DNA of 64,000 nucleotides from Nitrososphaerota archaeon. GTDB taxonomy: Archaea > Thermoproteota > Nitrososphaeria > Nitrososphaerales > UBA57. The notes under the pieces are model-generated. The model was not told the origin of the DNA and made no database searches. It saw only the letters and a program-made list of their open reading frames with translations. Position numbers and translations under genes: made by a program. Location of the stretch: the NCBI GenBank assembly GCA_024860875.1, contig JACPSZ010000013.1, positions 7,166 through 71,165 of the forward strand. The letters run 5' to 3'. Position 1 is the first letter of the stretch. Each line of letters begins with the position of its first letter. Below are positions 63,091-64,000 of this stretch, piece after piece.

Positions 63091-64000
63091 TTGACATTGA
63101 GAAGACTGCTCGTCGGGCTGCTCCTAATAATTCTCCTGCTTCCAACTGTGGCGACTAGCATAAATGCACAGCAGGCTAAGGAAGAGAGAACCTACGACGA
63201 AATACTCAGCATAACCGTGGTGAGCAACATAGGGCTGTGGAAGATTAAAGAGATCGGGCTCAACGTTTCATCGCTCGGAGTTTCTGGTGCGGAAAGTATA
63301 GCTAACGTGCAGGAATATGAGCTATTATTTACAAAACATTCCGATTATGATTCAAGAGCTGAATTCTTCAAATCTTACGGGTATAACGTGCTGGGCTTCG
63401 ACCTTCTCCCTGAGCAGGGTGCAGTGCTCCGTGTCAATGCATCATCATTGGATGCTGCTAGGCAAGTTGCCACAGTGTTAGAAAATGCTTTTCGCCTTAG
63501 CTTCATATACATAAAGAGCAGCGGAAACAACCATTTCTTCTATTCTAGTGCTGAGCTGGGACGCGCTCAAGATCAAAAATTCCTGCCGATAAACCTCTGG
63601 AACCTGTTTACGGGAAGGGGTGGATTGGACACGCTTGTCACGATGGACACCTTCCAAATTAATCCCATGCCGATGCTTGGGCTAAATGGAAAACGCGGAA
63701 CTTCTGGTTTCACTTACACAATTTGGGTCGGAGGAATAGCTCCTGATGCAACAAGCTCTGGATCCATCAAATATGATAACTTCTTCCAGTTCATACAAAC
63801 GGGAGGAATAAACGCATCAAGAACCGCGAAGACATCAACATTAGAATTCAAGACATTTGGCCAACTGGTAACTCCGCAAGACAAATATGATTTTACCCAC
63901 ATCACAGATGTCAGGGGGAGCACAGCAATCTCTCTGCTGTCGGCCAACGAAAATAGATCGAAGTTCAATTTCGACTACAAGAGGACTCCTGCGAACCTTA
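63091..64000 (+). CDS. hypothetical secreted protein, open at window end
   Basis: Own translation from TTG 63091: MTLRRLLVGLLLIILLLPTVATSINAQQ... It stays open to position 64000. No family recognised. Confidence 0.4.
   Translation, partial: MTLRRLLVGLLLIILLLPTVATSINAQQAKEERTYDEILSITVVSNIGLWKIKEIGLNVSSLGVSGAESIANVQEYELLFTKHSDYDSRAEFFKSYGYNVLGFDLLPEQGAVLRVNASSLDAARQVATVLENAFRLSFIYIKSSGNNHFFYSSAELGRAQDQKFLPINLWNLFTGRGGLDTLVTMDTFQINPMPMLGLNGKRGTSGFTYTIWVGGIAPDATSSGSIKYDNFFQFIQTGGINASRTAKTSTLEFKTFGQLVTPQDKYDFTHITDVRGSTAISLLSANENRSKFNFDYKRTPANL

Overview
All calls below were made by eye from the ORF track plus my own translations; no searches were run.

The window is an archaeal chromosomal segment. 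Evidence: ribosomal proteins L31e, L39e and S19e, RadA, archaeal-type triosephosphate isomerase, and A-type ATPase subunits I and E. The many cupredoxins and TRAM/CBS/USP genes suggest a Thaumarchaeota/Nitrososphaeria-like organism, but I cannot verify that here.

Contents in order:
- 1-754: N-terminus of a Tat-exported NarG/NxrA-like molybdoenzyme, cut by the window edge.
- About 4.8-15 kb: a transport and metabolism block. It holds NitT/TauT-type ABC parts, a leaderless PQQ-dehydrogenase-like propeller, a corrinoid protein with a UroD-family methyltransferase, and a PEP-mutase/isocitrate-lyase family gene.
- 15-20.5 kb: two HTH-10 regulators and an AhbC/AhbD-like radical-SAM pair.
- 20.5-31.8 kb: a decayed moaE, cupredoxins, vapBC, an anchored PQQ dehydrogenase, and an IS5-family insertion sequence.
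- 32.8-42.9 kb: the most interesting locus, a tightly overlapping seven-gene operon. It encodes a Tat 4x[4Fe-4S] protein, an NrfD-like membrane subunit, a cupredoxin-like/proline-alanine-rich protein, two EB_dh/DOMON-like putative haem-b proteins and two PQQ-repeat beta-propellers. All the extracytoplasmic proteins carry a C-terminal TM anchor. There is no molybdopterin catalytic subunit and no CxxCH haem-c motif.
- 43-59 kb: a second vapBC, Fe3+-type ABC parts, pqqC, pterin dehydratase, metal transporters, and a decayed restriction-modification (R-M) island.
- 59-64 kb: a housekeeping block.

Two recurring palindromic intergenic motifs suggest two regulons. Three genes have their 3' ends duplicated a short distance downstream, flanking inserted cassettes. 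Several genes are frame-disrupted, which could be real decay or assembly error.

I found no rRNA, tRNA or CRISPR array.
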